From the NCBI GenBank assembly GCA_016193315.1, contig JACPSJ010000001.1, forward strand, positions 406,723-470,722: DNA of 64,000 bases. Reading direction: 5' to 3'. Below are positions 16,967 through 26,819 of this stretch, in pieces. Under the pieces are notes generated by a model. That model did no database searches and was not told the DNA's origin. It was given only the letters and a program-made list of their open reading frames with translations. Positions within the stretch are counted from its first letter, which is position 1; every line of letters starts with the position of its first letter. The position numbers were made by a program, and so were the translations under genes. This DNA is from Candidatus Kerfeldbacteria bacterium. GTDB taxonomy: Bacteria > Patescibacteriota > Patescibacteriia > SBBC01 > CAIJZX01.

Positions 16967-17869
16967 TTGTGGTATCCTGGTAGAGTGAGAGCTGAACGGC
17001 GCCGCAAAATTCACCTGGCTCTTCGCCAATGGTATCGACGTAACCAACGGCCCCTGCCTTGGCGGCGAACCCGCGATCCCTATCGGATTTTGATTTCGGA
17101 AGTGATGCTCCAGCAGACCCAAGTGGCGCGCGTTGAACCAAAGTACCAGGCCTGGCTGCGGACGTTTCCCTCGGTTCGAGCACTGGCCGGAGCTCGGTTG
17201 TCGACGATTCTTCGTCGGTGGTCCGGTCTCGGGTACAACCAGCGTGCCCGCCGCTTACGCCAAATCGCTCGAGTCATCGTCCAGCACTACGGCGGACGAT
17301 TTCCTCGGGCCGTCAAGGAATGGGAACAGTTGCCAGGGATTGGCCCGTACACGGCCCGGGCCGTTAGCGCCTTCGCGTTTCGACAACGACAGGTGGTCAT
17401 GGAGACGAACGTCCGGCGGGTGGTCGGTCGCATTGTTTTTGGTCGGCACGCGCCACCATCGCCGTCGAGCCTGGGACAGGCGACCGCCGACCTAGTTCCA
17501 CCGCGTAATTCCGACCGCTGGCATCACGCGCTGATGGATCTCGGCGCCATGGTGTGCACCAGTCAACGACCCCGCTGCCAAGTCTGCCCAATTCGATCAT
17601 ACTGTCGCGCCTATCCCAGCATCCTTCGGTCGCCAACTGGCCCAACACAATCAGGTCCTGGTCCTCAGCGATTCGATGGTTCGGACCGTTTTTGGCGGGG
17701 TCGCATAGTGGCCTCCCTATTAGTCCAGGGGTTCACCTTTCGTCAACTTCAAAAGAAATTGCGGTTACGTGGGCGGCTGAGTGGCCATCGGTTGGGCGAG
17801 CTGATAGTCGGGCTTCGGCGTGATGGCTTGGTCGTCTATCAAGATGGCAAACTCGGGATTGCCCCATAG
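16967..17869 (+). CDS. mutY: A/G-specific adenine DNA glycosylase (MutY family, HhH-GPD domain plus 4Fe-4S cluster)
   Basis: WYRRNQRPLPWRRTRDPYRILISEVMLQQTQV… then DLGAMVCTSQRPRCQVCPIRSYC. TTG start at 16967. Confidence 0.8.
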   Translation: MWYPGRVRAERRRKIHLALRQWYRRNQRPLPWRRTRDPYRILISEVMLQQTQVARVEPKYQAWLRTFPSVRALAGARLSTILRRWSGLGYNQRARRLRQIARVIVQHYGGRFPRAVKEWEQLPGIGPYTARAVSAFAFRQRQVVMETNVRRVVGRIVFGRHAPPSPSSLGQATADLVPPRNSDRWHHALMDLGAMVCTSQRPRCQVCPIRSYCRAYPSILRSPTGPTQSGPGPQRFDGSDRFWRGRIVASLLVQGFTFRQLQKKLRLRGRLSGHRLGELIVGLRRDGLVVYQDGKLGIAP

Positions 17870-17999
17870 TCCGTGCCAAAGCAACGATTTTGTATACAAC
17901 CTGTGGACAATTGCGATTGTCTTCGCCAGAGGCCTCTACCATTTTTCGCTGAACTTGGGCAAAAGATTGGTCATGGGTAGAGATTACGTTCTCGTGGGC

Positions 18000-18027
18000 T
18001 TGACAGGGTGAGGGAGTGGGTTAAACT
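18000..18027 (+). promoter_or_regulatory. Sigma70-like promoter TTGACA-16-TAAACT
   Basis: TTGACA at 18000-18005, TAAACT at 18022-18027. Confidence 0.4.
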
Positions 18028-18029
18028 GA

Positions 18030-18314
18030 AAGTACAACCAAATATTTCCATACGCCCACCGTCATTTTGGGGCCGGAGCTATACCCCAGCTCGTTCACAA
18101 GTGAGTGACGAGGATGATCAGCGGTGGTGTCTTCGTATAGGGGCAGTTCGGAGGCGATAACAAATCCCTTGAGGAGGTTACCTCGGTGGCAGTGAAAACG
18201 ACCTCACCAGGTATTCACTGCTAATGCCGAGCCGAACGTATCGCCCTCGCGAGCTGCTCCTGACGAACACATCACAAACAAGGGGCGGGAAGCAATTGTC
18301 GGGCGGCTGAGTTT
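18030..18314 (+). promoter_or_regulatory. Long AT-richer 5' leader or candidate cis-regulatory RNA upstream of the membrane protein gene
   Basis: About 285 nt with no ORF and about 50% GC. Hairpins include GAGCU-auacccc-AGCUC (18076-18092) and GCAGUG…CACUGC (18190-18221). Family not identifiable by eye. Confidence 0.25.
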
Positions 18315-19100
18315 ATGATACTATTCCGGCCGATGTCCGCGGCCCCGCCGACACGTCTGTCCTTCGGCACAGCTGGAAGTCTGGCCTGGCTAGGCCTGGT
18401 TTGGTTAGCTATTTTGTGGTGGACAGTGGCCAGTCCTCGACCGGGCCTGCTGGTCGCCGCCATAGTGTCTGTGCTCGGTCCGGGAATTTTATGGTGGCGG
18501 CAGCGTCAATACTCCCCGGCCTGGCTGTGGCCGGCGACGATCGCCTTCTTCATGACTACTTCTTTGGCTGCCTTGAGTGTCACCAGCAGCCTGGTGTGGC
18601 AATACGGCCTGATCACCGTGTCAGCCGCCTTTGTCGGGCTAGAGCTAGATCATCAGCCGCGGTTGGACCGCCTACCACAGAGTCGGCGGCTGACGATGCT
18701 GATCGTGGCGCTCGGGTTATTCTTCGGCTGGCTGACGTTGCTCAGCTTTGGGGTCGGAATCTTCCTGCCGCTGGCCTGGGGGTGGTTGGTTGTCGGCGGC
18801 GCAGTCGTGACAGTGGTGGCCGCCATCATCGCCTGGGTTGCGGCCGGCGTGCCGTGGACCACGTTCCGGAAGATCGTCCCGCTGGTGTCACTGCTAGGGG
18901 GGCTGTTCATGGTCGGAACATGGTGGCTACCAACCCCGGTCCACGTTGGCAGCATCGTGGCCGCGACGGCTTTGACGTTGTGGTTCCAAACCTGTCGTCA
19001 CGTTTGGCTGGGGACTTGGGAAAGTGGTCGTGGGCGACGGTATCTGCTGACCGCTGGATCCCTCATCGGCCTGGTATTGGGTACCGCCCGCTGGATCTGA
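18315..19100 (+). CDS. Polytopic membrane protein (hypothetical)
   Basis: 261 aa with 7-8 predicted TM helices. Confidence 0.5.
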   Translation: MILFRPMSAAPPTRLSFGTAGSLAWLGLVWLAILWWTVASPRPGLLVAAIVSVLGPGILWWRQRQYSPAWLWPATIAFFMTTSLAALSVTSSLVWQYGLITVSAAFVGLELDHQPRLDRLPQSRRLTMLIVALGLFFGWLTLLSFGVGIFLPLAWGWLVVGGAVVTVVAAIIAWVAAGVPWTTFRKIVPLVSLLGGLFMVGTWWLPTPVHVGSIVAATALTLWFQTCRHVWLGTWESGRGRRYLLTAGSLIGLVLGTARWI

Positions 19101-19105
19101 GGACT

Positions 19106-20266
19106 ATGGTTGTCCATCCCGCTCCGACCGCACCGAAACAGCGACTCCAGGAAGAATCGGATGCACTCAAGCGTGTCTGGCCAGCCGCGACGCTGGTCCA
19201 GCCACCGCGAATTCCGTGGGGCACACTGATCTTCCTGATCATCGGCCTGGCGACGCTCATGGCCAGCGGCGTGATTGTTGGTTTTAGCCTCCTGGTTCAA
19301 CGTTATCCCCAGTCGTGGCTCGCTACCTGGTGGCCGACGGTACCGACCACGACCGTGGTCCGTTCCGTCCGCGGGCCAGCCGAAGATCTCCCAGCCCCGG
19401 TCGAGAACTTTGCGGACTCTCTCTTCGGCCTGGCCATTGATCAAGGGCCGAATGGACGCTACACCGACGACCACGTCTTGACGGCCGCCATACCGCTCAG
19501 CAGTAATGGTTGGTTGCTGGCCTTGACCCCGGCGGTCCCGAGTGCCACCGCGGTCGTGGCTCTGCCTAATTCTGGTCAGCCACTGGCAGTCAGCAGTCCA
19601 GTCACGGACTCAGCCGGTCCTTTTAGTTACCTCAAGACAACCGATCTGACCGCCGAGCTGGCCGTCATTCTCGAATCGAGCAGCGCGGTGGAGAACCAGC
19701 CGGTCTGGATCGTCCGCCCCCGCGTTCATCGGGCGGAGATTGTCCGGCGGACGGTACTGGGAATCGGCGGATCGCCGTGGCAGTCCAGTGATCGTCTGGA
19801 GCGGTGGCTGAAGCTTGACCAACCACTGCCCGAAGCGGTTGGTGCGGCCGTGGTGGATCGTCAGGGCCGGTTGGTAGGCCTGCTGGGGGACGAACAGCGG
19901 GTTTGGCCGACGGCCATCGTCCAAGCTATCCTGAAGCCACTGCTGCAGCAGGGGACTTTTGAACGGCCAGCCCTGGGGCTAACGACGATCAATCAGCAAC
20001 AGACCGTGCTCGCTGGCGGGAATGCCACCAGCGGACTACTCATCAGCAGTTCCAGCAATTCGCCGGCCATTCATCCGGATGGCCCGGCCAGCCGGGCCGG
20101 ATTGGAGGTTGAAGATAGTATCACCGCCATCGACGGCCAGGCCGTGCCGGCTGACTTGTTGACGTTCCTGCAACGTTACCAACCGGGCGAGAGTTTGGCG
20201 CTGACGTTTGTCCGCCAGGGGGTGAAGAAAGAAGTGACCCTAGAACTGGCCACCGTGCGGCGATGA
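19106..20266 (+). CDS. Membrane-anchored protein with a C-terminal PDZ domain (HtrA/DegP-like; catalytic motifs not evident)
   Basis: N-terminal TM helix. C-terminal GLEVEDSITAIDGQAV…YQPGESLALTFVRQGVKKEVTL is PDZ-like. No GNSGGP seen. ATG at 19106 was chosen over the long GTG-extended ORF. Confidence 0.5.
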   Translation: MVVHPAPTAPKQRLQEESDALKRVWPAATLVQPPRIPWGTLIFLIIGLATLMASGVIVGFSLLVQRYPQSWLATWWPTVPTTTVVRSVRGPAEDLPAPVENFADSLFGLAIDQGPNGRYTDDHVLTAAIPLSSNGWLLALTPAVPSATAVVALPNSGQPLAVSSPVTDSAGPFSYLKTTDLTAELAVILESSSAVENQPVWIVRPRVHRAEIVRRTVLGIGGSPWQSSDRLERWLKLDQPLPEAVGAAVVDRQGRLVGLLGDEQRVWPTAIVQAILKPLLQQGTFERPALGLTTINQQQTVLAGGNATSGLLISSSSNSPAIHPDGPASRAGLEVEDSITAIDGQAVPADLLTFLQRYQPGESLALTFVRQGVKKEVTLELATVRR

Positions 20267-22710
20267 TCAGTGTTCGCTCGACGGTGGCGGTGGTCCTCGT
20301 CGGGCTGAGCCTGTTGCTGCTCGAACCCAACCAGACACGACGGCCAGCTGATGGCGAGTTATGGCGGTGGCGGCCGGCCGGCTCAACCACGTCGGCGGCC
20401 TTACGAACCATCCCTGGACTGCCAGGCGTGACGATTGACCAGACGTCCGATCAGCTCGTCTGGACCGATGAACGTGGACAGCCACACGCACAGCCCGACC
20501 ATCGTTACCGCGCTCTGTTTATCCCGAATGACCCGCAGTTCAATTTGCAATGGAACTTTCTCGACCTGAAGATCCCGGCCGCCTGGGATGCTGATCAAGT
20601 GAGCCCCCGCTCCGGTGGCGACCCGCGGGTGGTGGTGGCTGTGCTCGACACCGGCCTGGCCTACGAAGACTACCAAACGTTTCGTCGGGCCCCCGACCTG
20701 GCCGGAGTGAAGGTCTGGCGTAACCCCGCTGAGGTGGCGGGGGACGGTCGAGATAACGATGGTAACGGATTCGTCGATGACGTACACGGTTGGGATTTCG
20801 TCCACCGCGACGCACATCCCAATGACGACCACGGTCACGGGACGCACATCGTTGGCACCATTGCCGGCTCCACCAACAACGGTTTGGCCGTGGCTGGTAT
20901 CGCCTTTGCCACGACCATTATGCCGCTCAAGGTCCTTGACCGGCAGGGTGAGGGGACAACTTCGACCATTGCCGCCGCCGTGGCTTACGCGGCCGCCGCC
21001 GGGGCCGACATCATCAACCTCAGTCTCGGTAGCAACGAGGACGATCCGTTACTCCACCGCACCATTCAGTCGGCCGCGGCCAAGGGGGTAATTCTTATTG
21101 CGGCCGCTGGCAATGATGGCCAACGAGGGATCAATTACCCAGCTCGATACGAGGAAGTGATGTCCGTGGGGGCGACGCAGCTGAATCGGCGGCGGGCCCC
21201 CTATTCTAATCATGGCCCACAACTTGACGTGGTGGCGCCGGGCGGGAACCTCAGCCTGGACCAAAACAATGATGGTCAACCCGACGGCATCCCCCAGCAG
21301 ACATGCACCAGCCGAGCGTGTGCTAGCTTCGGAACGTATTACTACAGCGGCACCTCCCAGGCCGCCGCCCAGGTCACGGCGGTGGCGGCTTTGCTTGGCG
21401 CCTGCGGGGCGACCAGCGGGACCATCGTCACGACCCTGAAGAATACCGCTCTCGACCTCAGTCCGGCCGGACGTGACGATCAGTACGGCTCCGGACTGGT
21501 CAACGCCCAGGCCGCTCTTCAGTCGGCGGGGTGTCGGAGTACCAGCCCACCGGCTCCATCGACCATGAGTGGGCGATCATCCGCCACTACCAATCGACAG
21601 CTCTTCTCGCACCAGCCATACCCATACACCCGACCGTCATTCCGCTGGCGTGGGCCGACTGGGGCAACCTACCAAGTACGCTGGGCCCGCCGAGGTCAGA
21701 CGGCCAGCCTGGTCACTCAATTGGCCACCGTCTACGAACCGACCATCAGCCGGCCTGGTGTCTACGATCTCGAGGTTCGAACGGTTGATCAGCGTGGCCG
21801 AACTTCTGACCGTCGGACATTTACGTACCGTTACCGTCCGTCAGTCCTGGTGGTTGGCCAAACGAGCGACCGGCCCGGGGTCCGGCTTTATCAACCCACC
21901 CCGACGTTCATACGTGGGTGGCCTGCCGGCCTAGGGTCAGCCCAAGTTCAGGTCGTTGGGGGAGCGTTGGAACGCGATGGTACGAATCGGGTAGCCGTCA
22001 CCGGGCAGGCTTGGGGGCGGACCATCAAAGTGCTCAATACGCAAGGTCGGCGCCTAGTCACACTCAAGCCGTTTGGGGATGGTTACCGTGGCAGTATTGA
22101 CTTAGCCATCGTCCGTACTATCAGCCAGGGGAATTGGCTGGTGGCCGCCAGCCGTTCCGAGGGGTCGAGCCTCGTTTGGTACCGCGCCGACGGACAGTTA
22201 GTTCGACGTCAGCAGATTTACGAACGATATCGCGGCGGTCTCGAACTAGCCAGCGGTGATATTGATGGCGACGGGAATGAGGAACTGGTGACGGTCATGA
22301 GTCGGGGGGCCGAGGTCCGCGTCTATGACTGGCGCGGTCGACGCCTATCAGGCTTTGTGCCGCTCGGTCAGGGGTGGTCCGGTGGCCTGGCGGTCACGAC
22401 TGGAGATCGAGATGGCGACGGACACCAGGAAATCATCGTCACGCCGCGAACTGGCGGTGGGGCAGCGCCGATCGTTTTGACCACGCTCCGCGGCGTGGTT
22501 AAGGCCAGTTGGCGCTTGCGCACCGGCAGCTACCGCGGGGAAATGGATATTGAGGGCGTCGACGTCGATGGCGATGGCTTTGATGAGTTGGTGGCCGTCC
22601 CGAAATCAGGCCACCTATTTCTGCAGCAGTGGTCGTTGGATGGGGTCTTACAGCGGCAGTCAAATCTGCGGTCGAACGATCGCGGTGGGAGTATTAGTTC
22701 ACTCGACTAA
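20263..22710 (+). CDS. Subtilisin-like serine protease (S8) with C-terminal FG-GAP/VCBS-type repeats
   Basis: Asp-His-Ser triad in context: VAVLDTGL, HGHGTHIVGTIAG, GTSQAAAQVTAVAALL. Three DxDGDG repeats follow (GDIDGDGNEELV, GDRDGDGHQEIIV, VDVDGDGFDELVA). Confidence 0.8.
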   Translation: MISVRSTVAVVLVGLSLLLLEPNQTRRPADGELWRWRPAGSTTSAALRTIPGLPGVTIDQTSDQLVWTDERGQPHAQPDHRYRALFIPNDPQFNLQWNFLDLKIPAAWDADQVSPRSGGDPRVVVAVLDTGLAYEDYQTFRRAPDLAGVKVWRNPAEVAGDGRDNDGNGFVDDVHGWDFVHRDAHPNDDHGHGTHIVGTIAGSTNNGLAVAGIAFATTIMPLKVLDRQGEGTTSTIAAAVAYAAAAGADIINLSLGSNEDDPLLHRTIQSAAAKGVILIAAAGNDGQRGINYPARYEEVMSVGATQLNRRRAPYSNHGPQLDVVAPGGNLSLDQNNDGQPDGIPQQTCTSRACASFGTYYYSGTSQAAAQVTAVAALLGACGATSGTIVTTLKNTALDLSPAGRDDQYGSGLVNAQAALQSAGCRSTSPPAPSTMSGRSSATTNRQLFSHQPYPYTRPSFRWRGPTGATYQVRWARRGQTASLVTQLATVYEPTISRPGVYDLEVRTVDQRGRTSDRRTFTYRYRPSVLVVGQTSDRPGVRLYQPTPTFIRGWPAGLGSAQVQVVGGALERDGTNRVAVTGQAWGRTIKVLNTQGRRLVTLKPFGDGYRGSIDLAIVRTISQGNWLVAASRSEGSSLVWYRADGQLVRRQQIYERYRGGLELASGDIDGDGNEELVTVMSRGAEVRVYDWRGRRLSGFVPLGQGWSGGLAVTTGDRDGDGHQEIIVTPRTGGGAAPIVLTTLRGVVKASWRLRTGSYRGEMDIEGVDVDGDGFDELVAVPKSGHLFLQQWSLDGVLQRQSNLRSNDRGGSISSLD

Positions 22711-22720
22711 TAACATCACC

Positions 22721-23173
22721 ATGATCAATCGTCTGAGTGATCAAATCCGAGACCACCCGTTCGTTCGACGCCGTCCGGTGGTTAAACAGTTCATCAAGTT
22801 CTCCCTGGTCGGGGTGATCAATACGGCCACCAGCACGGCGCTGTACCTGTTCTTCACGCGTCTCGCCAACCTTGATCCGCTCGTCGCCAACGCCTTGGCC
22901 TTCGGGGCGGCGGTATCAGTTAGTTTTATCCTGAACAAACGCTGGACGTTTCGGGATCAGCAGCGCCGCTACGCCAGGCAGTACGCCCAATTCTTTTTGG
23001 TCAGCATCATTGGTTTGGGCTTGTCGGAAGCTATTATCTTCTGGCTGCATAAAGTACGGGGGGCCCATGATCTCCTGGCCTTTGCCGTGGCCGTGGTGAC
23101 GGTCGTTTTTTGGAACTTTTCAGCCAACAAATGGTGGACGTTTCGGTCGCCGGGGCTCACCTTGCCAAGTTAG
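22721..23173 (+). CDS. GtrA-family membrane protein
   Basis: VKQFIKFSLVGVINTATSTALYLFF…KRWTFR…ANKWWTFR is the GtrA signature. ATG at 22721. Confidence 0.7.
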   Translation: MINRLSDQIRDHPFVRRRPVVKQFIKFSLVGVINTATSTALYLFFTRLANLDPLVANALAFGAAVSVSFILNKRWTFRDQQRRYARQYAQFFLVSIIGLGLSEAIIFWLHKVRGAHDLLAFAVAVVTVVFWNFSANKWWTFRSPGLTLPS

Positions 23174-23244
23174 CGTTTTTTCAGTATAGTCGGAATCTGG
23201 GTAACAGTCGGTAGAGACCAGGCCGACGCCGAAAATACCTGGCT

Positions 23245-23949
23245 ATGGATCTCACGATCGTCATCCCTGCTTACAACGAAGCTCGTCGACTGCCAGGCAC
23301 CCTGGCGCACATGACCTCCTGGCTAGCGACGAAACCCTGGGCCAGCGAAATCATTGTGGTCGACGATGGATCGACTGATGACACAGTCCAGGCGGTGACG
23401 GCGGCCAAACGGCCAGTTCGTCTCCTCAGCCATCAGCAGAATCTCGGCAAAGGGGCAGCCGTCCGCCGCGGCATGTTGGCCGGTACCGGGACCTGGCGAT
23501 TGCTCTGCGATGCCGACCTCTCGACACCGATTGAGGAACTCGATCGCCTCAACGAGTACCGCGCCGCCGCCGACATCATTATCGGCTCGCGGCGGGTGAG
23601 CGGCGCGACCATCGGTCGCCGCCAGGCGTGGTGGAAAGTCAGATTCGGCCAGCTCGGTAACCTGTTGGTTCAGATCCTGCTGCTGCCGGGACTCAAAGAC
23701 ACACAATGCGGTTTCAAACTATTTCACCAACGAACCATGCCCATCTTCCGCCAGCAGCGGGTCAATCGCTGGGGGTATGATTTCGAACTCCTGTATCTGG
23801 CGCGCTTGTCTGGCTGGCGCATTCGCGAAGTGCCGGTGCGGTGGGATAATGATGCCGACAGCAAAGTCACCATCAGTGCTTACCTGACGACGCTGGGAGA
23901 AATCGGTCGGATTCTGTGGTATCGCTGGCGCGGATACTATCGACGCTGA
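23245..23949 (+). CDS. GT2 glycosyltransferase, polyprenol-phosphate sugar transferase type (DPM1/GtrB-like)
   Basis: IVIPAYNEARRL…VVDDGSTDDT…DADLSTP. Confidence 0.8.
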   Translation: MDLTIVIPAYNEARRLPGTLAHMTSWLATKPWASEIIVVDDGSTDDTVQAVTAAKRPVRLLSHQQNLGKGAAVRRGMLAGTGTWRLLCDADLSTPIEELDRLNEYRAAADIIIGSRRVSGATIGRRQAWWKVRFGQLGNLLVQILLLPGLKDTQCGFKLFHQRTMPIFRQQRVNRWGYDFELLYLARLSGWRIREVPVRWDNDADSKVTISAYLTTLGEIGRILWYRWRGYYRR

Positions 23950-24030
23950 TGACCCCGTTAGATTGCCCTCGACCAAACATCATTATCTCGATGATTGTGA
24001 AAAGTGCTTACTTGAGTTCGCTTTAACGGG

Positions 24031-25062
24031 ATGACCACTCGTCAAGCCCCGTTTCATAAGAAAAACATTATCATCACCGGCGGTGCGGGTTTTCTCGGCT
24101 CGCACCTATGCGACTTACTCGTGCAACACCACAAAGTCATCTGTCTCGACGACTTCAGCACTGGCCTGGAAGACAACATCCATCATCTCCTGCCGAACCC
24201 AAATTTTGAGTTTGTCCGGCACGACATGACCGAACCGATCGATCTAACCCAGTTGAAAGAACTGAAGGCCTTCCAGGTCCCGTTCCAAGGTATTCAAGAA
24301 ATTTATCATCTGGCCACCCCCGCTTCGCCGAAAGATTACACCCGTTTAAACATCGAAACTCTGACGGCCAACAGCCTGGGTACGAAGTACACGCTGGAGA
24401 TGGCTCACCGATTTGGCGCCAAGTTCATGTTGGTCTCCAGCGGCTCGATCTACGGCGAGCCGGTCCAGCAGACGCCCTTTCCGGAAAACTACTGGGGTTA
24501 CGTCGACCCGGTCGGGGTCCGTTCGCCGTATCAAGAAGGCAAGCGCTTTGCCGAAGCGTTAACCGTCGCCTATCGGAAGCGCCACGAGCTGGACACCAAA
24601 ATTGTTCGTCTCTTCAATACCTATGGGCCGCGGATGCGCTTGACCGATGGCCGAATGATTCCGGAATTTGTGGGGGCGGCCTTGCGCAACCAACCGATCA
24701 TCATCCACGGCAATCGTGATGACAGTAGTTCTTTTTGTTACGTCTCTGATGCGCTCGAAGGAATGGTCCGTCTGATGCAATCGCACGAAGCCGGTCCATT
24801 GAACATCGGTCACCCGGAAGAGCACACCGTCTACGAGGTGGCTCAAAAAGTTATCGCCTGGTCTGGGTCGCGCCCCGATATTCGCTTTGAACCACCGCTC
24901 GAATACTCGAGCAAGCAGGGTATTCCTAGCATTCGCCAAGCCCGCGAGGTGTTGGGCTGGTTCCCGGTCGTGCCGCTCGACGAAGGGTTGCAACGGACGA
25001 TTGATTTCATGCGCGGCACCAGGCAGGTGGGGCTGGAGACGTTGGGGTACGGAGCCGCCTAG
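24031..25062 (+). CDS. UDP-glucuronate decarboxylase (UDP-xylose synthase-like, SDR)
   Basis: ITGGAGFLGSHL…YHLATPASP…YQEGKRFAE…RLFNTYGPRM…DGRMIPEF closely matches UXS-type enzymes. Confidence 0.75.
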   Translation: MTTRQAPFHKKNIIITGGAGFLGSHLCDLLVQHHKVICLDDFSTGLEDNIHHLLPNPNFEFVRHDMTEPIDLTQLKELKAFQVPFQGIQEIYHLATPASPKDYTRLNIETLTANSLGTKYTLEMAHRFGAKFMLVSSGSIYGEPVQQTPFPENYWGYVDPVGVRSPYQEGKRFAEALTVAYRKRHELDTKIVRLFNTYGPRMRLTDGRMIPEFVGAALRNQPIIIHGNRDDSSSFCYVSDALEGMVRLMQSHEAGPLNIGHPEEHTVYEVAQKVIAWSGSRPDIRFEPPLEYSSKQGIPSIRQAREVLGWFPVVPLDEGLQRTIDFMRGTRQVGLETLGYGAA

Positions 25063-25063
25063 G

Positions 25064-25987
25064 ATGGCGCGGATACTCGTCACCGGCGGTTGCGGATTCA
25101 TTGGTTCTCACCTGGTTGAGGCCCTAATGAAATTGCGACAATTAGTGGTCGTGGTCGATAACCTTTCGACTGGACGGCGGTCAAATCTTCCATCGAGGTG
25201 CCGGCTCATTAAGGCCGATATTCGATCTGAACGCCTGATGGACATATTTCGTCAGGTGCGGCCGGAGTACGTTTTTCACTTGGCCGCCCAAAAAAGCGTG
25301 TTTCGTTCGATCGTCGAACCCGTCGTCGACGCAGACACGAACATCCTTGGGTCTCTCCAGGTGTTGGAAGCGGCGCGTCGTTTTCGGATCAAAAGAATTA
25401 TCTTTGCTTCAACCGGCGGGGCCATCTATGGACCGACGAGTCGGCTGCGAACACCGGAGTCCACATCGCCCCAACCGACATCACCCTATGGTTTGGCCAA
25501 GTGGACAATCGAGCAGTACCTGACTTTGTTCACCGAGCTGTATCGCCTCCCGTCCGTGGCCTTACGGCTGGCGAACGTCTATGGCCCACGGCAGGATCCA
25601 ATCGGGGAGGCCGGCGTGATCGCCATTTTTCTTCGTCGTCTGAAACTGCGTCAACCTTTGATCATTCACGGCACCGGTCGCCAGACCTGTGACTTCCTTT
25701 TTGTCGGCGATGCGGTTCGCGCCTTCCTGACGGCTTGGCGCCGACACGCGAGCGGCGTCTTGAACGTCGGCACCGGACGGCAAACTTCAATCCTTCGTCT
25801 CGTCAGGCAGCTGCAGCGGCTCTCCGGCTGGCGGCTGTCGCCGCGGCATCGGGCGGCCATACCTGGGGAAGTGGTTCGGAGCGCTCTTCATATCGGACGA
25901 CTCCAACGAACGTTGGGCTGGTCGCCACGGGTACTATTGAGTGAGGGCTTACGACAAACCTGGCAGTGGGAGATGGCCAATGCCTAA
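25064..25987 (+). CDS. NAD-dependent epimerase/dehydratase (UDP-glucose 4-epimerase-like)
   Basis: MARILVTGGCGFIGSHLVEAL…YGLAKW…YGPRQDP. ATG at 25064 lies directly after the upstream stop. Confidence 0.7.
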   Translation: MARILVTGGCGFIGSHLVEALMKLRQLVVVVDNLSTGRRSNLPSRCRLIKADIRSERLMDIFRQVRPEYVFHLAAQKSVFRSIVEPVVDADTNILGSLQVLEAARRFRIKRIIFASTGGAIYGPTSRLRTPESTSPQPTSPYGLAKWTIEQYLTLFTELYRLPSVALRLANVYGPRQDPIGEAGVIAIFLRRLKLRQPLIIHGTGRQTCDFLFVGDAVRAFLTAWRRHASGVLNVGTGRQTSILRLVRQLQRLSGWRLSPRHRAAIPGEVVRSALHIGRLQRTLGWSPRVLLSEGLRQTWQWEMANA

Positions 25988-26663
25988 GCCCATGAACATC
26001 TGGGTGGTCATCCCGGCTTTCAACGAAGCCCGCGTTATTCGCCAGGTGGTCGAGACGGTCTTGGCCCGCTACCCGCAGGTAGTCGTGGTTGACGATGCGT
26101 CAATGGATGACACAATTGGCGAGGCTCGACGAACTCGGGCCCATGTCCTACAGCACATCATCAATCGCGGTCAGGGCGCAGCGCTCAAGACTGGTATTTC
26201 CTATTCCCTGGGCCAGGGGGCGGGAGTGGTCGTGACCTTCGATGCTGATGGGCAACACTCGATTGACGATATCCCAACACTGCTGGCTCCGATTACCGCC
26301 GGCACCCACGACATCGTTCTCGGCTCGCGCTTTCTCCGATCGGCTGATGCCATCCCGCCGCTACGGCGGCTGGTGCTCCGCCTGGCCGTGCTCTTCACTC
26401 GTTGGGTCTCAGGCATCAAAGTGACTGATACGCACAATGGGCTGCGGGCGATGACCGCCGAGGCGGCCGGGAAAATCAGAATCGTTCAGGACCGGATGGC
26501 TCATGCCTCGGAGATTCTCGACGAAATCGTCCGGCATCGTCTGCGCTACGTCGAAGTTCCGGTGACCATCACCTACAGCTATTACGCTCGCGGCAAAGGC
26601 CAAAGCAGCCTGGCCATGTTTAAGATCGCTTTTAAATTCCTGGTCCATAAAATCTGGTCATGA
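25980..26663 (+). CDS. GT2 glycosyltransferase (DPM1-like); start at 25980 or 25992
   Basis: IWVVIPAFNEARVI…VVVDDASMDDT…FDADGQH. Confidence 0.7.
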   Translation: MPKPMNIWVVIPAFNEARVIRQVVETVLARYPQVVVVDDASMDDTIGEARRTRAHVLQHIINRGQGAALKTGISYSLGQGAGVVVTFDADGQHSIDDIPTLLAPITAGTHDIVLGSRFLRSADAIPPLRRLVLRLAVLFTRWVSGIKVTDTHNGLRAMTAEAAGKIRIVQDRMAHASEILDEIVRHRLRYVEVPVTITYSYYARGKGQSSLAMFKIAFKFLVHKIWS

Positions 26664-26819
26664 CCCCGTAAGAAATCTTGCTTCAAGATTACGTACAATC
26701 CAGACTGGCGAGCTGTCTACTAAAGGGAATTTCTAACGGGTGATCACGAGAGAAGCTTCACCGCCCATGTTTCCTGATAGGCCAATACCAATGACTCTCC
26801 AAAGAAAACTTCTAATGGG

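Noticed and set aside
16520-17122. 200-aa minus-strand ORF
   Set aside because: It lies antisense to the mutY start, the small zinc-ribbon ORF and a promoter. Its sequence is low-complexity (P/R/G-rich). It is most likely a GC-rich shadow ORF.
18401-19105. Long GTG-extended N-terminus of the PDZ protein ORF (621 aa in the track)
   Set aside because: The extension overlaps the well-supported 18315-19100 membrane-protein gene in another frame and is Arg/Gly-rich. The internal ATG at 19106 gives an N-terminal TM helix.
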